The position numbers were made by a program, and so were the translations under genes. From an uncultured Candidatus Rokubacteria bacterium (GTDB taxonomy: Bacteria > Methylomirabilota > Methylomirabilia > Rokubacteriales > DASRDR01), in NCBI GenBank assembly GCA_963826115.1, contig CAWGVS010000005.1, positions 1,504,001 to 1,568,000 on the forward strand: a stretch of 64,000 nt of DNA, in the 5' to 3' direction. The notes beneath the pieces are model-generated. The model had not been told where the DNA came from. It saw only the letters and a program-made list of their open reading frames with translations, and did no database searches. Shown here piece by piece: positions 37,612 to 47,293 of the stretch; the first letter of the stretch is position 1, and each line of letters starts with the position of its first letter.

Positions 37612-38421
37612 CTAGAAGGTGAAGAGCTCCCCGCGTCGGTTCGAGAGCGCGGGCAAGGTCTTGCGGATGCGCTCCGCGTGGCCGAGGTCCACGTCCGCCA
37701 CGACGACACCCTCGCGGTAGCCGGCGCGGGCCACGACCGTGCCCCACGGGTCGATGATCATCGAGTTCCCGTAGCAGGCGTGTCCCGGGGGGTGCGTCCC
37801 GCACTGGGCCGCGGCGAGCACGTACACCTGGTTCTCGATGGCGCGGGCGCGCAGCAGCACCTCCCAGTGGTCCCGGCCGGTGTCCATGGTGAACGCGGAG
37901 GGCACCGTCACGAGGCGGGCACCCCACGCGGCAAGCCGCCGGTAGAGCTCGGGGAAGCGGAGATCGTAGCAGATGGTGAGGCCGACCGGCACGCCGGCGA
38001 GCGAGGCCACGACGACCTCCTCGCCCGGCGCCATCGTGGCCGACTCCTGGTAGGTCGTCCCCTCCACCTCCACGTCGAAGAGGTGGAGCTTCCGGTAGCG
38101 GGCCACCAGCTCGCCGTCCGGGTTGAACACCGTCGAGGTGTTGTGGACGCGCTCCTGTCCCTCGACCGCTTCGAGGATGGAGCCGCCGACGATCCAGATC
38201 CCGTAGCGACTGGACAGGCGCCCCAGGAGCTCCGTGGTCTCGCCGGGGATCGGCTCCGCGACCTCGGCGTGCCGCTTCGAGGGCCCGAGGTACGTCCAGA
38301 GCTCCGGAAGCACGACGAGGTCCGAGCCCCAGGCGGCGGCCTGCGCGACCAGCATCTCGCCGCGCTCGAGGTTCTCCGCCTTCTCGTCCCGGCTGTTCAT
38401 CTGCACGAGCGCTACGCGCAC
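37612..38421 (-). CDS. Carbon-nitrogen hydrolase (Nit/YbeM-like amidase)
   Basis: LPE, YRKLHLFD, ICYDLRFPE triad; RARAIENQ. Confidence 0.93.
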   Translation of the reverse strand: MRVALVQMNSRDEKAENLERGEMLVAQAAAWGSDLVVLPELWTYLGPSKRHAEVAEPIPGETTELLGRLSSRYGIWIVGGSILEAVEGQERVHNTSTVFNPDGELVARYRKLHLFDVEVEGTTYQESATMAPGEEVVVASLAGVPVGLTICYDLRFPELYRRLAAWGARLVTVPSAFTMDTGRDHWEVLLRARAIENQVYVLAAAQCGTHPPGHACYGNSMIIDPWGTVVARAGYREGVVVADVDLGHAERIRKTLPALSNRRGELFTF

Positions 38422-38540
38422 GGCGTGTCCTCCCCTGGGCCCGGCCGGCAACCGGCGGGCGCGGCCCCCATCCTAGCGCAGTCGAGCGAACGGCCGCCAC
38501 ATCGCCCGCGGGCCCCGGAGGCCGCTCCGGGCGCCCGAGC

Positions 38541-39683
38541 TCAGTGCACGGTCAGCGGGACGGGCGGCAGGAGCAGAGCGAGGAGGATGAGGGCGAACAG
38601 CCCGAGAGCGCGGCGCCGGCCGTCGAGCGGCGTGATGTCGTCCATGGTCGGCGCGTGGCGGAATCCCATCAGGCCGACGATGAGCGCCGCCCAGACGAGC
38701 CAGTTGATGCTGCCGAACGCGAGCCCGATCACGACCAGGCCGCCGACCGCGAGCTTCGAGATGAGGGCGTGCTGCCGGCCGAACAGCGCGTAGACGATGT
38801 GGCCTCCGTCCAGCTGGCCGGCGGGGATGAGGTTCAGGGCCGTGACCAGGAACCCGAACCAGGCGGCGACCCCGACGGGATGGAGCAGGATGTCGAAGTC
38901 CGGAGGCAGGGATCCCAGCGTCAACCACTCGAGGACCTTCGGGAGGACGGCGTCGCCGAACTGCACGTACGAGGTCTCCGCCGACTCCTTGGGGATCCGC
39001 ACCACGGACGACAGCCGCAGCCCCAGCACGTAGATCGGGACCGCGACCACGAGGCCAGCGAGCGGACCCGCCACCGCCATGTCGAACAGCGCCCGGCGGT
39101 CGCGGATCGCGCCTCGGAGGCGGATCACCGCCCCCATCGTCCCGAGGAAGAACGGCGGCGGAACCGGGATGAAGTACGGGAGCGAGACCGGCATCCGGTG
39201 CAGTCGTCCCACCGTGTAGTGACCGAACTCGTGCACGCCCAGGATCCCGAGCAGGGCCGCGGAGAACGGCAACCCCACCATCAGCCGCCCCGGGTGCTGC
39301 CACAGCTCTCCGGGAGACACTCCGCTCTGGAGGGCCCCGGCAAGGAGCGTCGTGAGCACCGTGGCCAGGAAGAGCCCGAGGTGCACCAGCGGTCGGGACG
39401 GCTCGGCAACCTCCGCCTGGGCGATCGCATGCATCCACACCCGGTCCCCGTCCTCTCGGAGGAAGGGCGCGTACCCGTGCCGGGCCAGCCGGGGGCGAAG
39501 CATGTCGACCGCCTTCGCGGGCTCGACCATGAGGCGCCCGCCGAACGCGATCGAGCGGCCGACGAGCCGCCGGTCCTCGACGATGAGCACGTCGTCGAGC
39601 TGGCTCCGGAGCATCGCCTCGAGCGGGAACATCTCGGCCCAGCTCGGGGGCTCCTCGGGAGGGCGGCGCGACCAGAAGGGCAC
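38541..39683 (-). CDS. Site-2 protease (M50) family
   Basis: HEFGH, AGPLAG, NLIPAGQLDGGH. Confidence 0.92.
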   Translation of the reverse strand: MPFWSRRPPEEPPSWAEMFPLEAMLRSQLDDVLIVEDRRLVGRSIAFGGRLMVEPAKAVDMLRPRLARHGYAPFLREDGDRVWMHAIAQAEVAEPSRPLVHLGLFLATVLTTLLAGALQSGVSPGELWQHPGRLMVGLPFSAALLGILGVHEFGHYTVGRLHRMPVSLPYFIPVPPPFFLGTMGAVIRLRGAIRDRRALFDMAVAGPLAGLVVAVPIYVLGLRLSSVVRIPKESAETSYVQFGDAVLPKVLEWLTLGSLPPDFDILLHPVGVAAWFGFLVTALNLIPAGQLDGGHIVYALFGRQHALISKLAVGGLVVIGLAFGSINWLVWAALIVGLMGFRHAPTMDDITPLDGRRRALGLFALILLALLLPPVPLTVH

Positions 39684-39700
39684 TGGGAGGCTCCTCGCTC

Positions 39701-40198
39701 TCAGCCTACCACGCGGTCCTCGGGGCCCCGGATCGACTCGGGGGCGTCCGCGCCGTCCGGCGCGAGCAGGTGCCGGACGAGCGGCACGACCAGCGGGAGG
39801 CCACCCGAGAGATACACGACCGCCATCACCGCCTCCAGCGCGCTGGCCAGCACCGACTCCTTCTCGCGCCCGCCCTGCTGCGCCTCGCCGCGGCCGAGCC
39901 GGAGACACGCGTCCACCCCGAGCGCGCGCGCCCAGCCCGCGAGCCCGCGCGTCGAGACCAGCTCCGCTCGCCGGATCGTCAGGTCACCCGGGCTCGCCCC
40001 GGGCTCCCGCACCACGAGAAGCTCCGCGACGACAAGGCCCAGCACGGCATCGCCCAGGAAGGCGAGGGTCTCGTTGTGGGCGACCGGCGGATGCTCGTGG
40101 GCGTACGAGGGGTGCGTCAGGGCTTGGCGGAGAAGGTCGGAGGGCGCCCCCAGGCCGACGCGCGTCGCGAGCGCCGGGAGCGGGTCGCCCGCGCTCAG
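39701..40198 (-). CDS. rnc: Ribonuclease III catalytic-domain-only protein (no dsRBD), probable CTG start
   Basis: Frame is open upstream of the listed ORF: ALTHPSYAHE..HNETLAFLGDAVL...LGRGE...SVLASALEA; sits after fabF. Confidence 0.8.
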   Translation of the reverse strand: MSAGDPLPALATRVGLGAPSDLLRQALTHPSYAHEHPPVAHNETLAFLGDAVLGLVVAELLVVREPGASPGDLTIRRAELVSTRGLAGWARALGVDACLRLGRGEAQQGGREKESVLASALEAVMAVVYLSGGLPLVVPLVRHLLAPDGADAPESIRGPEDRVVG

Positions 40199-40234
40199 CG
40201 GAGCGTCAGGCGGCGGGGCCGCGGGCGGCGTCCT

Positions 40235-41491
40235 TCAGGCGCGCCAGCGCCGGAAGGCGAGCGTCGCGTTGGTGCCGCCGAAGCCGAAGCCGTTCGAGAG
40301 AGCCGCGTCGACCTCGACCTTCCGGGCCACGTTCGGGACGTAGTCGAGGTCGCACTCGGGGTCCGGCTTCTCGTAGTTGATCGTCGGCGGCAGGATGCCC
40401 TGCTGGAGGGCCAGCACCGTGACGATCGCCTCGATGCCGCCGGCGGCGCCGAGGAGGTGGCCGGTCATCGACTTGGTCGACGAGACGGCGAGCCGACGGG
40501 CGTGGTCGCCGAAGACCTGCTTGATCGCCAGGGTCTCCGTCTTGTCGTTGTACGGGGTCGACGTGCCGTGGGCGTTGACGTAGCCCACGTCCTCGGGCCG
40601 CAGGCCACCGTCCCGGAGGGCGCCGGCCATCGCGCGCACCGCCCCGTCACCGTCCGGATCGGGCGCGGTCATGTGATAGGCGTCGGCCGTCATGCCGTAC
40701 CCGACGAGCTCGGCGTAGATCCGCGCGCCGCGCCGGCGCGCGTGGTCCAGGCTCTCCAGGACGACGACGCCGGCGCCCTCGCCGGGCACGAATCCGTCCC
40801 GGTCGGCGTCGAACGGCCGCGAGGCTCGCGTCGGCTCGTCGTTCCGAGTGGACAGCGCCTTCATCTGGGCGAACCCGCCGATCGGGAGCTCGTCGATGAT
40901 CGCCTCCGAGCCGCCGGCGACCATGAGGTCGGCGTCACCGCGCTGGATGATCTTGAACGCGTCGCCGATGGCGTGGTTGCCCGTCGCGCAGGCCGTCACC
41001 ACCGAGGAGTTCGGGCCCTTCAGCTTGTAGCGAATGGATAGCTGCCCCGACGCCATGTTGACGATGAGGGACGGAACGAAGAACGGCGAGACCCGGCTCG
41101 GGCCCTTCTCGAGGAGCACCCGGTGCCACTCCAGGACGGACAGGATCCCGCCGATCCCGGAGCCGACGAGGGCGCCCGCCTTCGTCGGGTCCACCTGGGA
41201 GAAGTCGATCTTGGCGTCCTCGACGGCCTCCACCCCCGCGGCGATCGCGTACTGGATGAAAAGGTCGAGCTTCTTGAGCTCCTTCTTCTCGATCACCTTC
41301 AGGGGGTCGAAACCCTTGACCTCGGCGGCGATCCGGCAGTCGAGGCGCTTCGGGTCGAACCGGGTGATCGGCCCGACTCCCGACCGGCCCTCGCAGATCG
41401 CGCGCCAGTATTCGGGGACCGAGTTGCCCAGGGGCGTGATGGCCCCCAGTCCGGTCACCACGACCCGTGTCTTGTCGCCGTCCGCTCCCAT
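40235..41491 (-). CDS. fabF: 3-oxoacyl-ACP synthase II
   Basis: [31 protein letters not shown]. Confidence 0.97.
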   Translation of the reverse strand: MGADGDKTRVVVTGLGAITPLGNSVPEYWRAICEGRSGVGPITRFDPKRLDCRIAAEVKGFDPLKVIEKKELKKLDLFIQYAIAAGVEAVEDAKIDFSQVDPTKAGALVGSGIGGILSVLEWHRVLLEKGPSRVSPFFVPSLIVNMASGQLSIRYKLKGPNSSVVTACATGNHAIGDAFKIIQRGDADLMVAGGSEAIIDELPIGGFAQMKALSTRNDEPTRASRPFDADRDGFVPGEGAGVVVLESLDHARRRGARIYAELVGYGMTADAYHMTAPDPDGDGAVRAMAGALRDGGLRPEDVGYVNAHGTSTPYNDKTETLAIKQVFGDHARRLAVSSTKSMTGHLLGAAGGIEAIVTVLALQQGILPPTINYEKPDPECDLDYVPNVARKVEVDAALSNGFGFGGTNATLAFRRWRA

Positions 41492-41546
41492 CGCCCCGCC
41501 TCCACCAGCCTTCCGCGCCTCTGGCGTCTCGAAAACCGCCGGGGTC

Positions 41547-41792
<246 letters not shown>

Positions 41793-41809
41793 CTCCGTCC
41801 CTCACCTCC

Positions 41810-42574
41810 TCACATGTACAGCCCACCGTTGACGTGGATGACCTGGCCCGTGATGTAGCTCGCTCCTCCCGAGGCCAGGAACCGGACAACCTCCGCCACC
41901 TCGCGCGCAGTCCCGATCCGCTTCAGCGGGACCTGACCAACGTACGCCTCCCGCATCTCGCCGGACAGGGCCGCGGCCATGTCCGTCTCGATCAGTCCGG
42001 GCGCGACGGCGTTGACCAGAATACCCCAATGAGCCAGTTCTCGCGCCGAGGACTTGGTCAGTCCGATCAGGCCCGCCTTCGCCGTCGCGTAGTTGGCCTG
42101 GCCTGCGGTGCCCATGACGCCCGCCACCGAGGTCACGTTGACGATCCGCCCGGACCGCTGGCGGATCATGAGACGCCCGGCGGCCCGCGTGGCCTGGAAC
42201 GCGGCCTTGAGGTTGACGCCCAGGACCTCGTCCCAGTCGGCGTCCTTCATGCGGATCAGGAGGCCGTCCTTCGTGATGCCGGCGTTGTTGACCAGGAGGT
42301 CGATCCGATCGAAGCGCTTGTCCGTGTCGGTGACGATGCGCTGGACGTCCTCCGCCCGGCCCATCTCCGCGACCATGCCGACGGCCTTGCCGGCGCGCCC
42401 CTCGAGGGTCCCGGCGGCCTCCTCGACCTTCGCGGGGTCGCGGCCCGTGAACACCACCGTGGCGCCGTCGTCGAGGAGGGCCTCCACGATCGCGCGCCCG
42501 ATCCCTCGCGTACCGCCCGTGACGAGAGCGACCTGCCCGTCCAGAGACCGCCCGGCGCTGCCCGGCTCGCCCAC
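41810..42574 (-). CDS. fabG: 3-oxoacyl-ACP reductase
   Basis: TGGTRGIG, NNAGITKD, GQANYATAK; fab operon context. Confidence 0.96.
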   Translation of the reverse strand: MGEPGSAGRSLDGQVALVTGGTRGIGRAIVEALLDDGATVVFTGRDPAKVEEAAGTLEGRAGKAVGMVAEMGRAEDVQRIVTDTDKRFDRIDLLVNNAGITKDGLLIRMKDADWDEVLGVNLKAAFQATRAAGRLMIRQRSGRIVNVTSVAGVMGTAGQANYATAKAGLIGLTKSSARELAHWGILVNAVAPGLIETDMAAALSGEMREAYVGQVPLKRIGTAREVAEVVRFLASGGASYITGQVIHVNGGLYM

Positions 42575-42578
42575 GCCC

Positions 42579-43529
42579 TCAGCCCCCCAGCGCGGCCACG
42601 GCCTTGTCGAGCCCGGCCAGGTCCTCGACGGGCACGCCGGTGAGGGCGCCGTCGATGCGCCGCAGGAGGCCGGTCAGCACCTTGCCGGGCCCCACCTCGA
42701 CGAACGTCCGGCATCCCTCACGCGCCATGCGCGCGACGCAGTCCGTCCACCGGACGGGCGCCGTCACCTGGCGGATCAGGAAGGGCCGCACGTCGCCCGC
42801 GCGCGTGGTCAGCTCCGCGTCCACGTTGCGGACGACGGGATGACCCGGGTCGGCCATGCGCACTCCCCCGAGCACCGCGTCGAGGCGCTCGGCGGCCGGC
42901 GCCATCAGGCGACAGTGGAAGGGAGCGCTCACCGGCAGGAGGACGCTGCGCTTCCCACCCCGCGCGGGCGCCAGCGCCACCGCACGCTCGACGGCCGTCC
43001 GGTGGCCCGCGACGACGATCTGCCCCGGGGAGTTAATGTTGGCGACGTCCAGCACGTCGCCCTCCGCCGCATCGCGGCAGATCTCCTCCACGACCGGCAG
43101 CTCCACGCCGAGGATCGCGGCCATGGCCCCCGTGCCCACGGGCACCGCCTCCTGCATGAACTCCCCACGCCGGCGGACCACGGTCACCGCATCGGCGAAG
43201 TCGAGCGCACCCGCCACCACGAGCGCCGAGTACTCGCCGAGGCTGTGGCCCCCGACCACGGCGGGCCGGAACCCTCGCTCGGCGAGAATCCGCGCCCCCG
43301 CGACGCTCACGGTGAGCACGGCCGGCTGGGTGTTGGCGGTGAGCTGGAGCTCGGACTCGGGGCCCTCGAAGCACAGCTTGGCGACGTCGAAACCGATGGC
43401 GTCGCTCGCTTCCTCGAAGACGGCGCGCGCGGCGGGCGAGGCATCGTGGAACGCGCGCCCCATTCCCACGGCCTGCGAGCCCTGGCCCGGGAAGCAGAAC
43501 GCCAGGCGCACGTCAGCGGACACGCGCAT
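42579..43529 (-). CDS. fabD: Malonyl-CoA:ACP transacylase
   Basis: FPGQGSQ, GHSLGEY, VSAPFH. Confidence 0.97.
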   Translation of the reverse strand: MRVSADVRLAFCFPGQGSQAVGMGRAFHDASPAARAVFEEASDAIGFDVAKLCFEGPESELQLTANTQPAVLTVSVAGARILAERGFRPAVVGGHSLGEYSALVVAGALDFADAVTVVRRRGEFMQEAVPVGTGAMAAILGVELPVVEEICRDAAEGDVLDVANINSPGQIVVAGHRTAVERAVALAPARGGKRSVLLPVSAPFHCRLMAPAAERLDAVLGGVRMADPGHPVVRNVDAELTTRAGDVRPFLIRQVTAPVRWTDCVARMAREGCRTFVEVGPGKVLTGLLRRIDGALTGVPVEDLAGLDKAVAALGG

Positions 43530-43555
43530 AGATGGTCACAGGTTCGCGAGCGCTG

Positions 43556-44617
43556 TCAACGGGGCGCGTCGGGCTCGGCCGGCCCCTCGTCCGCGCGGCC
43601 GTAGCGCGCCCCGGCCAGGGACTGACCCAGCTCGCCGGCCAGCGCCGCACGGATGTGTCCGTTGAGGTCAGCCTTGACCCACTCCGCCGCGGTCCGGATC
43701 CCGTTCTTCACCGCCCGGGCCGGCGAGGAGCCGTGGCCGATGATGCACGCGCCGTTGATGCCGAGGAGCGGCGCCCCGCCCGTCTCCGTGTAGTCGACCC
43801 GCTTCCAGAGGCGGCGGAAGGCCGGGCGCACCAGCAGGGCCGCCAGCTTGGTGGACAACGAGCGGCCGATCTCCTCCCGCATGAGGTTGACTAGCATGTC
43901 GGCGAGGCTCTCCGAGACCTTCAGGCACACATTGCCCGTGAAGCCGTCCGTCACCACGACGTCGGTGTGGCCGTTGTAGAGGTCCCGGCCCTCGACGTTC
44001 CCGACGAAGTTGATCGGCGACTCCTCGAGCCGCTTGAACACCTCGCGCACCAGCTCGTTGCCCTTGCCCTCCTCCTCGCCGACCGAGAGGAGCCCCACGC
44101 GGGGCTCGGTCACCCCGAGGATGTCCTTGGCGTAGACGTGCCCCATCACCGCGTACTGGGCGAGGTGCCAGGGCTTGGGGTCGATGTTCGCGCCCACGTC
44201 GAGGAGGATCGTCCGGCCGATCTTGTTGGGCAGCACGACGGCGATGGCCGGTCGGTCGACGCCCGGCAGGACGCCGAGCGTGAACATCGCGATGGCCATG
44301 GCCGCGCCGGTGTTGCCTGCCGAGATGAACGCGCCCGCCTCGCCGTCGCGCACCAGGGACGCGGCGACGCGCATCGAGGAGTCGCGCTTCCGGCGGAGGG
44401 CGTGAGAGGGCTGCTCGCTCATCTCCACCACCTGGGAGGCGTGCCGGACGCTGATGGGGAGCGGTCCCGTCCGGTGGCGAGCCAGCTCGCGCTCGATGAT
44501 CGTCCGGTCGCCGACCAGGATGACCTCGAGCCCGTACTCGCGCGCGGCGTCGATCGCGCCCTCGACGTTGACGGGCACTCCCCCGTCACCGCCCATCGCG
44601 TCGACGGCGATCTTCAT
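43556..44617 (-). CDS. plsX: Phosphate acyltransferase
   Basis: IAVDAMGGD, SAGNTGA, VVTDGFTGN. Confidence 0.96.
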   Translation of the reverse strand: MKIAVDAMGGDGGVPVNVEGAIDAAREYGLEVILVGDRTIIERELARHRTGPLPISVRHASQVVEMSEQPSHALRRKRDSSMRVAASLVRDGEAGAFISAGNTGAAMAIAMFTLGVLPGVDRPAIAVVLPNKIGRTILLDVGANIDPKPWHLAQYAVMGHVYAKDILGVTEPRVGLLSVGEEEGKGNELVREVFKRLEESPINFVGNVEGRDLYNGHTDVVVTDGFTGNVCLKVSESLADMLVNLMREEIGRSLSTKLAALLVRPAFRRLWKRVDYTETGGAPLLGINGACIIGHGSSPARAVKNGIRTAAEWVKADLNGHIRAALAGELGQSLAGARYGRADEGPAEPDAPR

Positions 44618-44660
44618 CGGCCGATCACCCGGCCGCGCCGCGGGCATGAAAGGGGCGCTC

Positions 44661-44843
44661 TCAGGCGCCTTCGGTCGAGATGACCTCTCGTCCCTTGTAG
44701 TACCCGCAGTGCGGGCACACGTGGTGCGGAACCTTGGGCTCGCGGCACTGAGGACACATCGACAGCGTGGGCGCCTCGAGCTTGTAGTGCGTGCGCCGCT
44801 TCCGGCCGCGGGTGATCGAGTGTCGGCGCTTGGGCAACGGCAT
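44661..44843 (-). CDS. rpmF: 50S ribosomal protein L32
   Basis: MPLPKRRHS...CPQC...HHVCPHCGYY. Confidence 0.97.
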   Translation of the reverse strand: MPLPKRRHSITRGRKRRTHYKLEAPTLSMCPQCREPKVPHHVCPHCGYYKGREVISTEGA

Positions 44844-44855
44844 CGGTCGGTTCTC

Positions 44856-45362
44856 CTATTGGAGGCGCCGGAGCGCCTCGAGCGGCGCCAGCCGCGGGTC
44901 GGTCCCCCGCGGCTCGCACCGGCACTCGGTGACGTTCTTGTTGCCGCCGCACACCGGGCAGAGCCCCCGGCAATCGGGGCGGCAAAGCGGCTTCATGGGC
45001 AGAGCCAGGTCGGTCTCGCTCCGGAGAAGCTGTCCGACGTCCAGGACGTCCTCACGGTAGAAGTCCACCTCCAGGTCGTCGCGACCCAGCTCGATCTGGC
45101 CGTGCCGGCCGTTCGGCGGTGGCACGAACTGGAGGTCCACGCTGGGCTCGACCCGCGCCACGATCGCTTCCAGGCAGCGGCCGCACGCCAGCGGCGCCGT
45201 GGCCCCGAACCGTCCCGTGATGGAGACCTTGTCGCCCTGGCGCTCCACCAGGAGATCGATCCCGTCGAGCGTCCAGGCCGGGTCCGGATAGACCGCGCCG
45301 ATGCCCGCCGGGTCGATGAGCCTCACGCCCTCGTCGGGGATCTCGGAGATACGGATCTGCAT
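44856..45362 (-). CDS. yceD: DUF177/YceD family protein
   Basis: [31 protein letters not shown]; upstream of rpmF. Confidence 0.93.
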   Translation of the reverse strand: MQIRISEIPDEGVRLIDPAGIGAVYPDPAWTLDGIDLLVERQGDKVSITGRFGATAPLACGRCLEAIVARVEPSVDLQFVPPPNGRHGQIELGRDDLEVDFYREDVLDVGQLLRSETDLALPMKPLCRPDCRGLCPVCGGNKNVTECRCEPRGTDPRLAPLEALRRLQ

Positions 45363-45431
45363 CTGTTACTCGTCCGAAGCGTCAGTTGACTGATAAGTGT
45401 GGATTAAATCGAGTCTTTCTAAAGCGGTCGC

Positions 45432-45460
45432 AGTATACGGGGGGGCCCAGGGGGTGTCAA
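45432..45460 (-). promoter_or_regulatory. Near-consensus sigma70 promoter of the yceD-rpmF-fab operon
   Basis: TTGACA-N17-TATACT. Confidence 0.8.
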
Positions 45461-45502
45461 GGGAAAAGGGCCGGACGGGCGCCCTCCCTCGGGGCCCGCG
45501 CG

Positions 45503-45531
45503 TTGACGGTGCGGAGGGCGTCTGCTACGTT
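45503..45531 (+). promoter_or_regulatory. Sigma70-type promoter of htpX
   Basis: TTGACG-N17-TACGTT with extended -10 TG. Confidence 0.6.
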
Positions 45532-45595
45532 TCGTGGCGACACCCTGACGAGCGGCCGGGGTCAATCCCTGTCCGCGGAGCGAGGTCAACTGACG

Positions 45596-46456
45596 ATGGG
45601 CAACATGCTGAAGACGACGGTGTTCCTGGCCCTCCTGACCGGCCTGTTCATCGCTGTGGGCGGGCTCCTCGGGGGCCGGAGCGGCATGATGATGGCGTTC
45701 GTGCTCGCGCTGGTCATGAACTTCGTGTCGTACTGGTTCTCGGACAAGATCGTCCTGAAGATGTACGGGGCCCAGCCGATCGGCGAGGCCGAGGCGCCGG
45801 TGGTTCACCGGATCGTGAGGAACCTGGCCACGAAGGCCCGGATCCCCATGCCGAAGCTCTACCTGATCCCCTCGGAGGCGCCCAACGCCTTCGCCACCGG
45901 CCGGAACCCCCAGCACGCCGCCGTGGCCGTGACGGAGGGCATCCTGAGAATCATGAACGAGCGGGAGCTCGAGGGCGTCCTGGCTCACGAGCTCTCGCAC
46001 GTGCTCAACCGGGACATCCTGATCTCGACGGTCGCCGCGACGGTCGCCGGCGCGATCTCGATGCTGGCGAACATGGCCCAGTGGGGCATGATGTTCGGCG
46101 GCTCGAGGGACGAGGAAGGGCGGAGCACGAACCCGATCGCGCTGATCCTGACCATCATCCTGGCGCCGCTGGCGGCGATGCTGATCCAGATGGCCGTCTC
46201 GCGCTCGCGCGAGTACCAGGCCGACGCCTCGGGCGCCCAGCTCACGAAGGACCCCCACGGCCTCGCGTCGGCCCTCGGCAAGCTGGGCCAGGCGAGCCGG
46301 ATCGTGCAGATGGACGCCAACCCCGCGACCGCGCACCTGTTCATCGTGAACCCCCTCTCGGGCCGGTCGCTCATGAGCCTCTTCGCGACTCACCCGCCGC
46401 TCGAGGACCGCATCGCCCGGCTCGAGGCCATGCGCCCCGACGCCGTGCGCGTCTGA
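45596..46456 (+). CDS. htpX: Zinc metalloprotease HtpX
   Basis: [31 protein letters not shown]. Confidence 0.96.
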   Translation: MGNMLKTTVFLALLTGLFIAVGGLLGGRSGMMMAFVLALVMNFVSYWFSDKIVLKMYGAQPIGEAEAPVVHRIVRNLATKARIPMPKLYLIPSEAPNAFATGRNPQHAAVAVTEGILRIMNERELEGVLAHELSHVLNRDILISTVAATVAGAISMLANMAQWGMMFGGSRDEEGRSTNPIALILTIILAPLAAMLIQMAVSRSREYQADASGAQLTKDPHGLASALGKLGQASRIVQMDANPATAHLFIVNPLSGRSLMSLFATHPPLEDRIARLEAMRPDAVRV

Positions 46457-46588
46457 GTGCGCGCCGCCGCCCCAGGTTGTCCGGCGCGGCCGGCGGGCTC
46501 GGTTCCGGGCCCGGCGGCCGTCGCCGTCTCGGAGCGAGAATCCCGTGACCGCGCTCGGGACCCGGCCGTACCCTAGTTCCGGCGCCCC

Positions 46589-47293
46589 ATGATCCAGACC
46601 CACGGGCTCGCGAAGCTCTACGGCATGCACGCCGCCCTCCGCGGCGTGACGCTCGAGGTCCCGGCGGGCCAGATCCTGGCCGTCCTCGGTCACAACGGCT
46701 CGGGGAAAACGACCCTCGTGCGGCTCCTGGCCACCCTCGCCCGGCCGACGGCCGGCCGTGGCCGGATCGGGGGTCACGACCTGGTCGACGGCCGCGACGC
46801 CGTGCGCCGGCTCGTGGCCGTCGTCGGGCACAGCACCCACCTCTACGACGACCTCACGCCGCGGGAGAACCTGGCGTTCGCGGAAGCCCTCGTCGGCCGC
46901 CCCGTCGACGCGGGCCGGATCGAGGCGGCGCTCGGGCAGGTCGGCCTCGACGGCCAGGCGGGCACCCGGGTGCGCGCCCTGTCGAGCGGCCTCCGCCGTC
47001 GGGTCGCGCTCGCGCGCGCGATCCTCCGCGAGGCCCGCGTGCTCCTCCTCGACGAGGCCTTCTCCGGCCTCGACCACGACAGCACCAAGCGCCTCGAGGA
47101 CTACCTCCACGCGTTCCGGGCCGGGGGCGGCTCGGCCGTCGTCGTGACCCACAGTCTCGGGCGCGCCCTGGCGATCGCCGACCGCGTGGCGATTCTCGCC
47201 GGAGGACGCATCGCGGCCGAGGCGACCCGCGCGAGCCTCACCGAGGAGGCGCTCCAGCGCCTGTACCTCGGCGCCACGGAGTCCGGCGCGTGA
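46589..47293 (+). CDS. ccmA: Heme export ABC ATPase CcmA
   Basis: GHNGSGKTT, LSSG, LLLDE; precedes ccmBC. Confidence 0.92.
   Translation: MIQTHGLAKLYGMHAALRGVTLEVPAGQILAVLGHNGSGKTTLVRLLATLARPTAGRGRIGGHDLVDGRDAVRRLVAVVGHSTHLYDDLTPRENLAFAEALVGRPVDAGRIEAALGQVGLDGQAGTRVRALSSGLRRRVALARAILREARVLLLDEAFSGLDHDSTKRLEDYLHAFRAGGGSAVVVTHSLGRALAIADRVAILAGGRIAAEATRASLTEEALQRLYLGATESGA

Noticed and set aside
35315-38500. 1061-aa minus-strand ORF suggesting a large fusion
   Set aside because: Off-frame overlap of the C-N hydrolase and GS-like genes; only the C-terminal lipid kinase part has protein-like composition
45535-45595. htpX leader as a hammerhead ribozyme or riboswitch (CTGACGAG)
   Set aside because: No GAAA partner or recognisable aptamer consensus
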